In this document: positions 27,220 through 42,200 of the stretch, piece by piece | How positions within the stretch are numbered: the first letter of the stretch is position 1 | Layout: each line of letters begins with the position of its first letter | NCBI RefSeq assembly: GCF_032062105.1 | Contig: NW_026935164.1 | Span: 62,001 to 126,000, forward strand | From: Saccostrea cucullata | Taxonomy: Eukaryota | DNA length: 64,000 bases | Reading direction: 5' to 3' | Notes under the pieces: model-generated | What the model saw: the letters and a program-made list of their open reading frames with translations, nothing else | Database searches by the model: none | Told to the model about the DNA's origin: nothing | Position numbers and translations under genes: made by a program

Positions 27220-30200
27220 GGCTGGTAAATACGTAGAGGTATTTTATCATGAAGCTACCATGCTTTCTTGAGCAACACAGCTCGATAGAGTTCAATTTTT
27301 GTAAGATAAAACTGTCAAAAGATTTCAATTTCGTGGAATTTCAAGATACAGCTATAGGAAGAAAGAAATCTTCATATGCCTCTTTTACATGAACATATGA
27401 TATTTAGATCTAAATATACCAATGGGAGTAAGTGTTATTTACTGAAAAATTGCTACCATAGAAAGGGAGCGCCAGCATCGATTTTTTTCAGCATCATAAA
27501 AAGTTTTAACTAGTACATGAGTGTATGGATTGTAAGCTGAGCTTTTTATTAGCTGTCTCTTAAGGACCTGTCAAAATGAAACATACATTAATAGACCGTC
27601 TCCTTACAAAAATAAATTGATAAATTTTGGTTGAAAAAGATTGGTGATGATGTGAAGTAAGAGATAATTGAACCTTTACTACGACTTTTATTCGGGTATT
27701 GTAGATAAAATTACACTGATTGACCAGGTCAATAAAAAATCTACAAAATTGAAGAAATAAAAAATATAAAATAAAAGCCGCCCGCCCGCCTCGATTTTAA
27801 AAAAAACTCGGATGAGAATCTAGCAATTTATTTATTATGGCCTAATTCTTCGGCTTTACACTCGTTTTGAAGGCTAATGCCACACATTCAAATATTTCTG
27901 TAGTGTTTTGAACTGTAGTGTAAGAAAGAAAGACAAACTCAAAAAGTTATTTTTTAGTTCCTTTGCATAAATTTTACACAGTCTAAAAGTTGGTTACTTT
28001 CAAAGGAGAAAAAAATTCACGGGGTTCATTTTCTCTCAAAAATTCTACTGTATGGGCTGAAATATGCAGACATTCTTTAAAAAATACTGTATTTGTACTT
28101 CATATGTTCCTTCCTCTCCTGTTTTAAATAATAATAAAATAAATGTCACATATTTTAAAAAAGAAAAATATATTGATTTTTGGCAGAAAGCGTATTTTCG
28201 AACAAATCATACATCTTCATTGATTTATGTTACATTAACAGTGTTTTTTTTTTTAACGAAAAATGTTGTTAATAAATTGCAATGAAAAATGAAATCAGGA
28301 AGCATATACGAATTGTTTATGTTAGACTTGTTATTATCATTATGTCGAACGAGACTTTCTTAAGGGTTCATATTTTTTTAAAGTTCGTTTTGTAACAAAC
28401 AAGAAGGTTAATTAAACTGTGTTACAGAATTAATTTGAAGATCTTCATTATAATGATTTTGTTTATACACCCACCATCTGTTGTAATTGTAAACAGCTCA
28501 GTCTTCTTTTAGAACAAGACTTAATAATGACATGATAAATCACTTCGTGAAACCAATATTTGATAAGAGAATCGATTTTTTTAAAGAAACATACTTAAAT
28601 ACAATGGGTCTGAAATCAATTTTGCAGAAGGTCTTATAGGAATAAATTACGTACCTGTTCGGAAATTTATTATAATATCCAAAAAGAAAACCGTGTCTGA
28701 TATACAATTGAATGCGATCCATTCAGCGGTGAGATCATTGTTGAAGAATGATATGGCTACTGGTAAGATTATAAGGTTTGCAAGTAGAAGCACCAGCATG
28801 AATAGATCCCAATAAAACCTGTTGAATATAAATAATCGTATTCAGAAAACAGTAAAAATTAGTAATTGCAATGTGCTTGGAATCATAGTTCAGAATGCAT
28901 TTTTTAAAAGGATATGAATGTGTACATAAGTAAAAGGTCAAGATAATGAACAATGATCAACTTTGAAAAAAATATAACTAATAGAAATTTGTGAAGAGAG
29001 CATAAAACATAAACCCCTGGAAGTTCCAAAGGTGGATTAAGGTGCTAAGAAAGAGCAAGGATACCCTTTTTGTCCGGTGATATGTACCAGCCGTGAACCT
29101 TTTGAATTGATATGATACATCGCGTAGTCAAATCTAACCTAACATTTAGTATGAAACAATTCAGCCAGAACCCCATGATAGGTTATGTTTATATATCAAG
29201 GCCATTATAACGACCATAGAATTAACGGAATGCTGACAATGAACGAGGTAGTTGATATCCCTGTAATATCAACTTATCAGTGAGTAGCATACCTCGCTTC
29301 AAAACTCGAACTTACTCAGAGCACGCTCTTGAGTAGCAAATAAGTTGGGAGGCATAAGCACCATAAGCTGGGGATGGTGGAATATTACTTTAAATAAGGA
29401 AAGTTGACAATAAAAATAGTGAAAAATGTTGAAGAAAACAGTGATCGATCTCATAAGAACATCAAACAACACAAATTAAGAAAGAGCTGTATTTATTTTG
29501 AATATTGGTAAGCCCCGTCTTTCCATTACAATACAAAAATTGTTTCCCTTTCTAGGTAACCTTATTCAAATGGTCAAGTAAGCTGATCAAAGTTTGTCTG
29601 TTTTTTAGTTAACCTTAAACATATCTCAACCAACTTCAACTAAATAAGACAATGCATATAAAGAAAGTTTCTCTAAATTAAAAATAAAAGGTCACATATC
29701 ATTCCAAAAGGATTTTAATCAAGAAAGAGCGAGATCATTTCAAATCCATCATAAGAATCATTAGAGCAGAGCAAATGAAACTTATGCGTAAGATTCTTTA
29801 TTACTCATATTCAATTAGACTCAGTAGGGTCTAGTCTACGGAATAAGATTTAACATCAGAATACAAGAAAAACATGGATACATAAGACCTGGGATATTCC
29901 TATTCCTGTCTATAAAAATCAAATTCTATGTGCACCAAAATTAACATAGTAAATTCATATAAAGGCAAGAAAATATAACAAGCAAAACTTTTTCGCATGA
30001 AATATTTTATATGGTAAATACAAATATGTGGTTTTCTCCGAGTTTGGACCCAAGCAACAGGATTCAGGGTGTCTTTTCTTCCCTAGAGACTAAAACATCA
30101 AATACTAAGCCATGCAATATATCAAAGGTAGTGGCATGAAATAAAAGTAGATAACGAGCAATATATGTAAGCATATATCCTCATCATCTGCATATGGGGT

Positions 30201-33200
30201 TTATATCTATTAATTGATTCGAAATGCAAGAGCTTGCTCTAAGTACAACACGTTTTAAAACGATGAAAGATAATGACAAACAAGTTGAAAAAACAAGAAT
30301 AAGATCAGTTTCGTATAAAGTCATCATTTCGCAAGTCCTATGGTCGATTATATGACCATATCAGCAAATACAATATACTAGTATGATGAAGTCAAATGCA
30401 GAAAGACGTTCAGTCATACAAATTGTAATGCCATTACATTATTTACACACGACTAATTTTTTTCCATTTTTGCCGATCATGTCAATGAGCACACGGCAGG
30501 TGTGACTGGTCGGCAGGGGATGCTCACTACTCCATGGCACCCGAACCAAACTATGATGTTTTAGATGTTTGCCCTGCTCCTGATTTACATTGGTGGAATG
30601 AACATGTGAGTTTGAGTACTGTTCGTTGTCTTCATATATGACACCACTAACAACTGTATCCCAAAGAGAGAAATAATGTCTTATTTTAAATAATTCAATG
30701 CATTTTCAATGACTTTATTTATCAAAGTCATTGAAAATGCTTTGAATTATACAAGAAATAAATAACTTCGATGGTCTAAACCTCAATCTCAGTCCCCAAG
30801 ATGCAGACAATTCTCTCAGACTTTTGTTCAGACTTGTCAGAAGAAAATTTAAACGATATACACGTCTAAGACTAATAAGCAAAAGAAAAAAAACGAGATT
30901 AATTTTGAATCAGCCTTTGAAATGTAATATCTATCCATTACACACCTTACATTTCCTCAATTTAATGCAATCTCGGTGATAAATTGTCAGATATTTATTC
31001 AAGGATTTTGATTTTACTCTCTTGGATTTTTAAATTATTAAAACCCACACTTTTAGTTATTTCATGAAATATGCGTTTGATCATCAAGGATGCATTCACA
31101 ATTTCTTAGTGTAGTTAAATTCATGTACGTAAAAGTTTATATTATACTGATGAAATTTGAAGTTATAAAAGATAAATGCTTTTCGCTTTTTTCTTTCTTT
31201 TTGCTGCTGTACCGGATAAGGATAAAACGGTTTAGCAATATACATGTCTGTTCATCGAAACAGAACTAACGTTAATTTTGTTCGTCCATATTATGTTCTC
31301 TTGACTTATACATTAATTTCGAAGCTACGTTTCTCATCAAATTGTACATGTCCTCTACACTTTCCCTTGATGACAAGGTACTATATAAGAATGGAACGGA
31401 TATCCCTGTAATCTTATAAAATTAATAAAGGGACAAGGAAATTAGGAAAATTCCAATTAAAACACCATTAGATTTCATTTCGCGGTAGACGCAACAGGAT
31501 ATCTGGTTCTGTGATTAATTCGCCCCTCTAATTTAATTTTCCTCCCTATCACTCGTTTATAATTTCGGTGACAGATTGAAAAACTAATGATTCCAACCAA
31601 ATATGTACGAAATATCCGGAAATCAAGCTCGACTCTTGATACATGTAGAAATCACGGTCAATATACACGACTTTAATATCGGATAAAACATTCAACTGCC
31701 GCTGATCACGTGATTAATTCTAGCCTGATCCGTCATATGGTAAGTATTCTTAGTATCATTCACAGTTCCTCTATGGTTGTACCCTTCACAAACATCCAAG
31801 TCATTGTGAGGTCCTCATACTCTATAAATCCGTCCGTACTAGATAGATTAGAATCTGTAAAGCTTATTGGGTGCAAAGAATTTTTGATCAGAAGAATCAT
31901 ACCTTCAACTCTTGTGATGCACACGGTCGTGGACCGTTGCAAAAACATGTAGCAAGAAAGCGGAATCTCGCGATTATTGATATCTTATACCATTCATTAA
32001 GGAGTTTCATACTGAATTATTCATGTTACAATGAAAGATCGATTTAATAAAATAGAAATTATGTCTAACTTGTAAATAAATTCCACATATATTTATCCAT
32101 CTGCAAAACATGGAATTTTGAACATCTTCTATATCTCACTTAAAAATGAAATATTTATTATTTTTTTCGATCAAGGTTCAACATCCATATGATTACTTAT
32201 TACAATTTTTTTCTGTATAACTTTTGATATTTTCATGGAATAATATAATTTATGAAAAAAAAAATTAAAACATTATTTCATAACACCTCGCTTGGTAAAA
32301 TTTGAGTAATATTGAAATGGTAATAATATTTCTCTAGTTTTTTTTAATTATATGCATTGCCAAGTTAAGTTTAATATTTTCAATCATGAGTCCTTTTGCC
32401 CATAGACTTATTGAGGAAATACACAGAAATTGATCCCCTGTTCCATATTTTGGGGGTACAGCGCTTGTCTTTTGAAAAATCTACGTAAATAAAAGACGCA
32501 ATCGAAGAATGTTCTGCACTTTCATGCAAGGGTTCATGGAACTCTATCATATGTGAAAACTAAAGCATGCCCGTAATGTTCAAATAAACATCGCTCTTTG
32601 AGATAACCCGGGTTCTGACGGGAATCATAAAACAATCGGCTGACACTTCGTCAGCAGGGGGAGATTTAAATTGTTTATACAATAAATAAAACTACTTTTT
32701 TTTGCTTTCCCCCTCTAATATAAAGTACAGCTAATTGTGATGGCATAGGTATTGATTATTTGGCCAATATGAAGGCTTTTCAGGAAATTGAACTAACTAG
32801 AATGCAATCAATGCATACTGGTGCTTTTTTTCCTTTGCTTCCTTTTTATTGAAAGGGGTACTTTTGGTATATTTCAATAACTGTCAGTTATAAACTGTTT
32901 ATGCATTTGCTTCATTAAAAAACCTCAAGTACGAAATTGTAAAAATGTGTTTAAGTGAAATGAAATATATAATGATAACGAACAGTACTCAACCTCAAAA
33001 GTCCACCAAACAATGTAAATAACGACTAAAGTAAACATGGACCTCCAAAACATCAGAAGTTGGATCAGGTGTCATATGCAGGGAGGAGTAAACATCCCCT
33101 GCCGACCGAGCACACACGCCGTATGCTAATTGACATGATCGGTAAAAACAAAACAAAAATCCTTCTTTCTCCTCTCTTCTCTCTCTCTCTCTCTCTCCCT

Positions 33201-36200
33201 CTCACACACATAAGAAATTTACAGAAAATGTAATTATATATTGTAAAACTATGTATTAGAATCTGTAAATAAAAAAATAGAAGGCAATTTAGTGAGTAAA
33301 TAATGGTTCAACGATAGTGCAAAGAACGTCATTCAGTATTTGACTTAATGATATATTGTATTTGCTGAGGTATGTATTGTATCGACCATGGAACTTACAA
33401 AATGACCACTTTAAACGAGACTGCTGGAATTTTAGTTTGATCTACTTGTTTGCCAATAGCACCTAGTTTTTGAAACGTTGTGTGCAGGTGTTAAGGGTAT
33501 ACTGCTGCATAAGGGAAATGGACGAATGAAAAGTTAAAGACATCGTTTATCAAACTTCGTTGTTAGATTACCGGTACCATTAACGTCTTTTTCTCGTAAA
33601 ATATCTAAATATGATACAGATGTGTCAGACTCTGTGTTATCTTTTATTTTAAGCTCACTGAGATATATTGAGTCCACATAGGAATAGAAATAACTATTGT
33701 TAATTGACAATATATCGTTGATATATATCTAAATGTTGATTTGAATGTCACAGCAAGTTTCACGTAAAGGATTTTGAACAAATTTTGCTTCATACGACAT
33801 AAATTACAAAAATATGCTTTTAACGGGGCGCAATAGGTACACACGGGGATTCCAACAGGTTGTTGAAAGACCTCAACCCAGGCTCATGAAACAGGTGTAG
33901 ACATAAGTCAAATTTTGATCGCCTGTAAAATGCATATTAAATACAAAATTAATCTCTTTTTTTTTTTTAAAGAACAGCACTTTTGTGAATCAATATTGAA
34001 ACTTATTTTTAATTTTTGATCCGCTTAACTTCACTGATAGAAAAACCTAGTTGAATAGTGTACCTAGTAAAGCGTTCTTCATGATTAGTAATCACTCTGT
34101 TTACTAGCTAAGATAGTGGAAAGTGGAGTAGTGGTCGTAAAGATACTTAGATACCTAGTGAATGTTACTTATAAACTCTAGATTTACTAGTGTTGTGTAG
34201 TAAAAATACCCAATACCTAGTAAAACTACTTTTGAGGTAGTGATTGTATGGACAGTAAATTTACTAGTCTTCTTAGTGACTTTCACTTGTTATTTTTTTT
34301 CAGTGTTCCACAACATTTTAGTACATGGATATTTTGACTCAAGTTTAAAATGCTTCATGATCTTTGTACCTGGTCTCCAAAAACCAGATAAATTTTGTCA
34401 ATCAGAAACTCGAGCATCTTCTTAATATCAACTTCAGAGTACTTGTGTGTACAAGTGTGTGAAAGGAGTTAAAGTGACTACAAATAAAGGACTGCATCCC
34501 TTAGCAAAGCCATCTTTTTTTTTTAACTTGATATATAGCTAACTTCTTCACAAAACATTCTTTTCTGACAAATATACATAGATACATGTGTTTATAACGT
34601 CAATGTAGATTATAAAACACATTTTTCAAATCGTATTAAACTAAAGAAGACCAGAGCAATGCTCTATTCACTGCTGCCTTATGTCTTGTTTAAACTGATT
34701 CTAACTTACACTTTGAATTGATCAAGGGAGATAATGTGTTTTGATTTTAAATGACAATGCCATTAATAGGTATGTTATAAATTAGTAGAGATTACAGGGT
34801 TTCTTTGTTTCTGTCCGTCCTTCTGTCTATTTGTACGTTGTTCTGTCTGTCTCTGTGTCAGTCTGTCCCGCAGCTTTTTTCTTAACGTTTGTAGATCTTT
34901 AGGGCGTTCAGATTTTAGAACGCAGTTCGCAGTTCGCTATTCGCAATTCAAAAGTGAATTGCGTTCTAGAACGCAGTTCGCAATTCAAAATTTAAACATA
35001 AGCTGTGTGGTCTGAAATTTTGGGGGTGGGGTACTAGGGGCCAGATATCACTTCTATGAAAAAATGGTGATGGTACCATCTCTAGTTTCCGAGATATGGT
35101 CCTCTAGTTTTTAGCCCTACTATATAATACTAAACGAATAAACATCGGGCTCGGGGACATCGAAGTCCCCTACCCTGGGGTCTGAAATTTTGGGGTTAGG
35201 GTACTAGGGGCCAGATATCACTTCTATGAAAAAATGGTGATGGTAACCATCTCTAGTGTCCGAGATATGGTCCTCTAGTTTTTAGCCCTACTATATAATA
35301 TTAAACGAATAAACATCGGGCTCGGGGACATCGAAGTCCCCTACCCTGGGGTCTGAAATTTTGGGGGTGGGGTACTAGGGGCCAGATATCACTTCTATGA
35401 AAAAATGGTGATGGTACCACCTCTAGTTTCCGAGATATGGTCCTCTAGTTTTTAGCCCTACTATATAATACTAAACGAATAAACATCGGGCTCGGGGACA
35501 TCGAAGTCCCCTACCCTGGGGTCTGAAATTTTGGGGGTGGGGTACTAGGGGCCAGATATCACTTCTATGAAAAAATGGTGATGGTACCATTTCTAGTGTC
35601 CGAGATATGGTCCTCTAGTTTTTAGCCCTACTATATAATATTAAACGAATAAACATCGGGCTCGGGGACATCGAAGTCCCCTACCCTGGGGTCTGAAATT
35701 TTGGGGGTGGGGTACTAGGGGCCAGATATCACTTCTATGAAAAAATGGTGATGGTACCATCTCTAGTGTCCGAGATATGGTCCTCTAGTTTTTAGCCCTA
35801 CTATATAATATGAAACGAATAAACATCGGGCTCGGGGACATCGAAGTCCCCTACCCTGGGGTCTGAAATTTTGGGGGTGGGGTACTAGGGGCCAGATATT
35901 ACTTCTATGAAAAAATGGTGATGGTACCACCTCTAGTTTCCGAGATATGGTCCTCTAGTTTTTAGCCCTACTATATAATACTAAACGAATAAACATCGGG
36001 TTCGGGGACATCGAAGTCCCCTACCCTGGGGTCTGAAATTTTGGGGGTGGGGTACTAGGGGCCAGATATCACTTCTATGAAAAAATGGTGATGGTACCAT
36101 CTCTAGTTTCCGAGATATGGTCCTCTAGTTTTTAGCCCTACTATATAATATTAAACGAATAAACATCGGGCTCGGGGACATCGAAGTCCCCTACCCTGGG

Positions 36201-39200
36201 GTCTGAAATTTTGGAGGTGGGGTACTAGGGGCCAGATATCACTTCTATGAAAAAATGGTGATGGTACCACCTCTAGTTTCCGAGATATGGTCCTCTAGTT
36301 TTTAGCCCTACTATATAATACTAAACGAATAAACATCGGGCTCGGGGACATCGAAGTCCCCTACCCTGGGGTCTGAAATTTTGGGGGTGGGGTACTAGGG
36401 GCCAGATATCACTTCTATGAAAAAATGGTGATGGTACCATCTCTTGTTTCCGAGATATGCACCTCTAGTTTTTAGCCCTACTATATAATACTAAACGAAT
36501 AAACATCGGGCTCGGGGACATCGAAGTCCCCTACCCTGGGGTCTGAAATTTTTGAGGTGGGGTACTAGGGGCCAGATACCACTTCTATGAAAAAATGGTG
36601 ATGGTACCATCTCTTGTTTCCGAGATATGCACCTCTAGTTTTTAGCCCTACTATATAATACTAAACGAATAAACATCGGGCTCGGGGACATCGAGGTCCC
36701 CTACCCTGGGGTCTGAAATTTTGAGGGTGGGGTTCTAGGGGCCAGATACCACTTCTATGAAAAAATGGTGATGGTACCATCTCTTGTTTCCGAGATATGC
36801 ACCTCTAGTTTTTAGCCCTACTATATAATACTAAACGAATAAACATCGGGCTCGGGGACATCGAAGTCCCCTACCCTGGGGTCTGAAATTTTGGGGGTGG
36901 GGTACTAGGGGCCAGATATCACTTCTATGAAAAAATGGTGATGGTACCACCTCTAGTTTCCGAGATATGGTCCTCTAGTTTTTAGCCCTACTATATAATA
37001 CTAAACGAATAAACATCGGGCTCGGGGACATCGAAGTCCCCTACCCTGGGGTCTGAAATTTTGGGGGTGGGGTACTAGGGGCCAGATATCACTTCTATGA
37101 AAAAATGGTGATGGTACCACCTCTAGTTTCCGAGATATGGTCCTCTAGTTTTTAGCCCTACTATATAATACTAAACGAATAAACATCGGGCTCGGGGATA
37201 TCGAAGTCCCCTACCCTGGGATCTGAAATTTTGGGGGTGGGGTACTAGGGGCCAGATATCACTTCTATGAAAAAATGGTGATGGTACCATCTCTAGTTTC
37301 CGAGATATGGTCCTCTAGTTTTTAGCCCTACTATATAATATTAAACGAATAAACATCGGGCTCGGGGACATCGAAGTCCCCTACCCTGGGGTCTGAAATT
37401 TTGGGGGTGGGGTACTAGGGGCCAGATATCACTTCTATGAAAAAATGGTGATGGTACCATCTCTTGTTTCCGAGATATGCACCTCTAGTTTTTAGCCCTA
37501 CTATATAATACTAAACGAATAAACATCGGGCTCGGGGACATCGAAGTCCCCTACCCTGGGGTCTGAAATTTTGGGGGTGGGGTACTAGGGGCCAGATACC
37601 ACTTCTATGAAAAAATGGTGATGGTACCATCTCTTGTTTCCGAGATATGCACCTCTAGTTTTTAGCCCTACTATATAATACTAAACGAATAAACATCGGG
37701 CTCGGGGACATCGAGGTCCCCTACCCTGGGGTCTGAAATTTTGAGGGTGGGGTTCTAGGGGCCAGATACCACTTCTATGAAAAAATGGTGATGGTACCAT
37801 CTCTTGTTTCCGAGATATGCACCTCTAGTTTTTAGCCCTACTATATAATACTAAACGAATAAACATCGGGCTCGGGGACATCGAGGTCCCCTACCCTGGG
37901 GTCTGAAATTTTGGGGGTGGGGTACTAGGGGCCAGATATCACTTCTATGAAAAAATGGTGATGGTACCATCTCTTGTTTCCGAGATATGCACCTCTAGTT
38001 TTTAGCCCTACTATATAATACTAAACGAATAAACATCGGGCTCGGGGACATCGAAGTCCCCTACCCTGGGGTCTGAAATTTTGGGGGTGGGGTACTAGGG
38101 GCCAGATATCACTTCTATGAAAAAATGGTGATGGTACCACCTCTAGTTTCCGAGATATGGTGCTCTAGTTTTTAGCCCTACTGTATAATACTAAACGAAT
38201 AAACATCGGGCTCGGGGACATCGAAGTCCCCTACCCTGGGGTCTGAAATTTTGGGGGTGGGGTATTAGGGGCCAGATATCACTTCTATGAAAAAATGGTG
38301 ATGGTACCATCTCTAGTGTCCGAGATATGGTCCTCTAGTTTTTAGCCCTACTATATAATATTAAACGAATAAACATCGGGCTCGGGGACATCGAAGTCCC
38401 CTACCCTGGGGTCTGAAATTTTGGGGGTGGGGTACTAGGGGCCAGATATCACTTCTATGAAAAAATAGTGATGGTACCATCTCTAGTTTTTAGCCCTACT
38501 ATATAATATTAAACGAATAAACATCGGGCTCGGGGAGATATGGTCCTCTAGTTTTTAGCCCTACTATATAATACTAAACGAATAAACATCGGGCTCGGGG
38601 ACATCGAAGTCCCCAACCCTGGGATCTGAAATTTTGGGGGTGGGGTACTAGGGGCCAGATACCACGTCTATGAAAAAATGGTGATGGTACCATCTCTAGT
38701 TTCCGAGATATGGACCTCTAGTTTTTAGCCCTACTATATAATACTATACGAATAAACATCGGGCTCGGGGACATCGAAGTCCCCTACCCTGGGGTCTGAA
38801 ATTTTGGGGGTGGGGTACTAGGGGCCAGATATCACTTCTATGAAAAAATGGTGATGGTACCACCTCTAGTTTCCGAGATATGGTCCTCTAGTTTTTAGCC
38901 CTACTATATAATACTAAACGAATAAACATCGGGCTCGGGGACATCGAAGTCCCCTACCCTGGGGTCTGAAATTTTGGGGGTGGGGTACTAGGGGCCAGAT
39001 ATCACTTCTATGAAAAAATGGTGATGGTACCACCTCTAGTTTCCGAGATATGGTCCTCTAGTTTTTAGCCCTACTATATAATACTAAACGAATAAACATC
39101 GGGCTCGGGGACATCGAAGTCCCCTACCCTGGGGTCTGAAATTTTGGGGGTGGGGTACTAGGGGCCAGATATCACTTCTATGAAAAAATGGTGATGGTAC

Positions 39201-42200
39201 CATCTCTAGTGTCCGAGATATGGTCCTCTAGTTTTTAGCCCTACTATATAATATTAAACGAATAAACATCGGGCTCGGGGACATCGAAGTCCCCTACCCT
39301 GGGGTCTGAAATTTTGGGGGTGGGGTACTAGGGGCCAGATATCACTTCTATGAAAAAATGGTGATGGTACCACCTCTAGTTTCCGAGATATGGTCCTCTA
39401 GTTTTTAGCCCTACTATATAATACTAAACGAATAAACATCGGGCTCGGGGACATCGAAGTCCCCTACACTGGGGTCTGAAATTTTGGGGGTGGGGTACTA
39501 GGGGCCAGATATCACTTCTATGAAAAAATGGTGATGGTACCACCTCTAGTTTCCGAGATATGGTGCTCTAGTTTTTAGCCCTACTGTATAATACTAAACG
39601 AATAAACATCGGGCTCGGGGACATCGAAGTCCCCTACCCTGGGGTCTGAAATTTTGGGGGTGGGGTATTAGGGGCCAGATATCACTTCTATGAAAAAATG
39701 GTGATGGTACCATCTCTAGTGTCCGAGATATGGTCCTCTAGTTTTTAGCCCTACTATATAATGTTAAACGAATAAACATCGGGCTCGGGGACATCGAAGT
39801 CCCCTACCCTGGGGTCTGAAATTTTGGGGGTGGGGTACTAGGGGCCAGATATCACTTCTATGAAAAAATGGTGATGGTACCACCTCTAGTTTCCGAGATA
39901 TGGTCCTCTAGTTTTTAGCCCTACTATATAATATTAAACGAATAAACATCGGGCTCGGGGACATCGAAGTCCCCTACCCTGGGGTCTGATATTTTGGAGG
40001 TGGGGTACTAGGGGCCAGATATCACTTCTATGAAAAAATGGTGATGGTACCACCTCTAGTTTCCGAGATATGGTCCTCTAGTTTTTAGCCCTACTATATA
40101 ATACTAAACGAATAAACATCGGGCTCGATATGTGGAATACATATTCTTCATTTCTATAAATAGCAGGCAAACCCTTTCTTGTCATTCGTCTCTTAGGGGA
40201 AAACCCCCTGGATTTTATACGAAACTATGTTTAGCTTACATATGTAATGCCTGTAAATAATTAATCGCATTATCTGTGTATTTACATCAGAAATTGGAAA
40301 AAAAAAAATTCGAGTTTATTTCCCGATTATTTTGATTTTTTTATTTCTATTTCAATAAATATAATATTAATCACTTCTGAAATTTCATTTCAACTTTAGT
40401 CATTTCGGAATTATATTTTTTTTTTACAAAAATATGTCAACTAAAATATAACAACTAAAAAACAGATTACATGTACATGTGTGTAATTTAGTAATTGGGG
40501 TTTTGGGGGTTTACCATTTTAATAAGAAACCAGCAATCAAAAAAAGGGGGGAGAGTTACAGAGGAAGAATTTAAAAATAATTAAAATGGAAGAGGATATC
40601 CAATATTTAGAGGATATCTATGGAAAGTTGTAAATATTTCATTATCAACTTTTGTTTGATATTACAGCAGAACTCGGTTATAACGAAGTCACATGGGCCT
40701 ATGAAATTATTTCGCTATATCCATAATTCGTTATAACCGTATAAGAAAGTCATTAAATTCATATGGATGGGGATCCAAGATGACTTCGCTATATCCGTAA
40801 ATTCGCTATATCCGTGTTCGTACTAGACGAGTTTTGCTGTATACTGATATTGCCCTTTCATGATGTTTATCCATAAATATAGTTGTGTATATAGACTTCA
40901 CAGAAATGCAAAATACTCTTTTTTGTGGAGTCGATATATCTATGGATTGATTGTATGAAAGGACTACCCGGTACGTTTGTTAACTTCTTACCTAAGAAAA
41001 ATAATTTGTATAAGCCATAAGTTTTCTCTTTCATCTTTTTATCCCCCTAAAGAAAGTTTTGAGGTGTATATACGAATTAACTTGTCCGTCTAGCTGCCTG
41101 TCCGTCTGTATATAGCTGTCTGGTTGCATGCGCAAACGGGTCCGGTCCACATATATCTTTTGATGAAACTTAAGAATTTACTTCTCCCTACAAAAATTGC
41201 TCATGACCTAAGGATGTGCCATGACCTTAACCTACGGTCATTTTGTCAAGTTCAAGGTCACTGGAAGAAACTTTTTCATAAATCGTGTCCGGCCCATATC
41301 TTAGGATACACTTAGTGAGTTCCCATTTTACACTAAGATTGCTTATGACCTGAGGGAGGTTGTGCCATGACTTGGCTTAAGTACATTTGTGCAAATTCAA
41401 GTTCAACTTTAAGAAAATGTTCATAATTATCTTTCCTATGCAAAAAACCTGAATTTTCCGCTTTACACAAAGATTGCTTATGACTTGACGGTGTGTCATG
41501 ACCTTGATTCAAATTATTTTGTGCAAGTTCAATGTGACTAAAAGAAAAAGTGCATAATTTGTGGTCTAGTCCATATCCAACTTATGGATAAATTTGGTGG
41601 GTTTTTTCTTTTATACAAAGATTGCAAATGCCTTGAGGGTTTGACTTGATCTTTATTCAATGTTTTTTGTGCACGTTCAATGTCCTAGGAAGAAAATAGA
41701 AATATGTCCATAGGACATAAATGCCCCGCCGAAGGTATACCGGGGTATTAGTAAGGCAACATGAAAATTTGCATGAAATTTGTTCAGAATATCTTGAAAA
41801 GTGATGCAGTTGAATTACTTACATCAGTATGTATCAGCATATGAAGTTTCAGAAAAGTGGGGTCAAGGTCAAATGAAAGGTCATGGTCAAAAACTTGTGA
41901 TACAGTTGAACAGCTCTCATCCGTATGTATCAGCATATAAAGTTTCAAAAACATTATGAATGGTTTCTTTAAAATTGACATGAACACAATTTGATAAAAA
42001 TGAGGTCCAGGTCAAATGAAATGTCAAAGTCAAAATGTTGATGTAGTGAAATGCTTACATCAGTATGTATCTGCATATTAAGTTTGACACTAATTTTGGA
42101 AAAGTGAGGTCAAAGGAAAAGTCAAGGTCAAAATTGTTGATGCAGTTGAATAGTTCTCATCAGTATATGAAATTTGATAAAATATCTTGGATGGTTTCTT

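Noticed and set aside
26987-27328. 113-aa ORF with IY repeats
   Set aside because: Translation of the (TA)n microsatellite.
30691-30749. Short AT-rich hairpin
   Set aside because: A real inverted repeat, but short and with no TSD or context suggesting function.
31700-31990. GC-richer island with short ORFs on both strands and a minus-strand aag|gtatga donor
   Set aside because: No ATG-initiated frame ends in phase 2 to join HCN exon 2, and there is no recognisable homology. Could be a UTR exon or enhancer, but unsupported.
35010-40127. CRISPR-like or coding repeat interpretation of the 170-bp array
   Set aside because: Head-to-tail near-identical monomers with no unique spacers, no ORF, and a eukaryotic context.
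35010-40127. Identity with the oyster Cg170/HindIII satellite
   Set aside because: Only the length is similar. The monomer does not resemble the CvA/pearl-type unit seen at 45275-45510, and identity cannot be asserted without a search.
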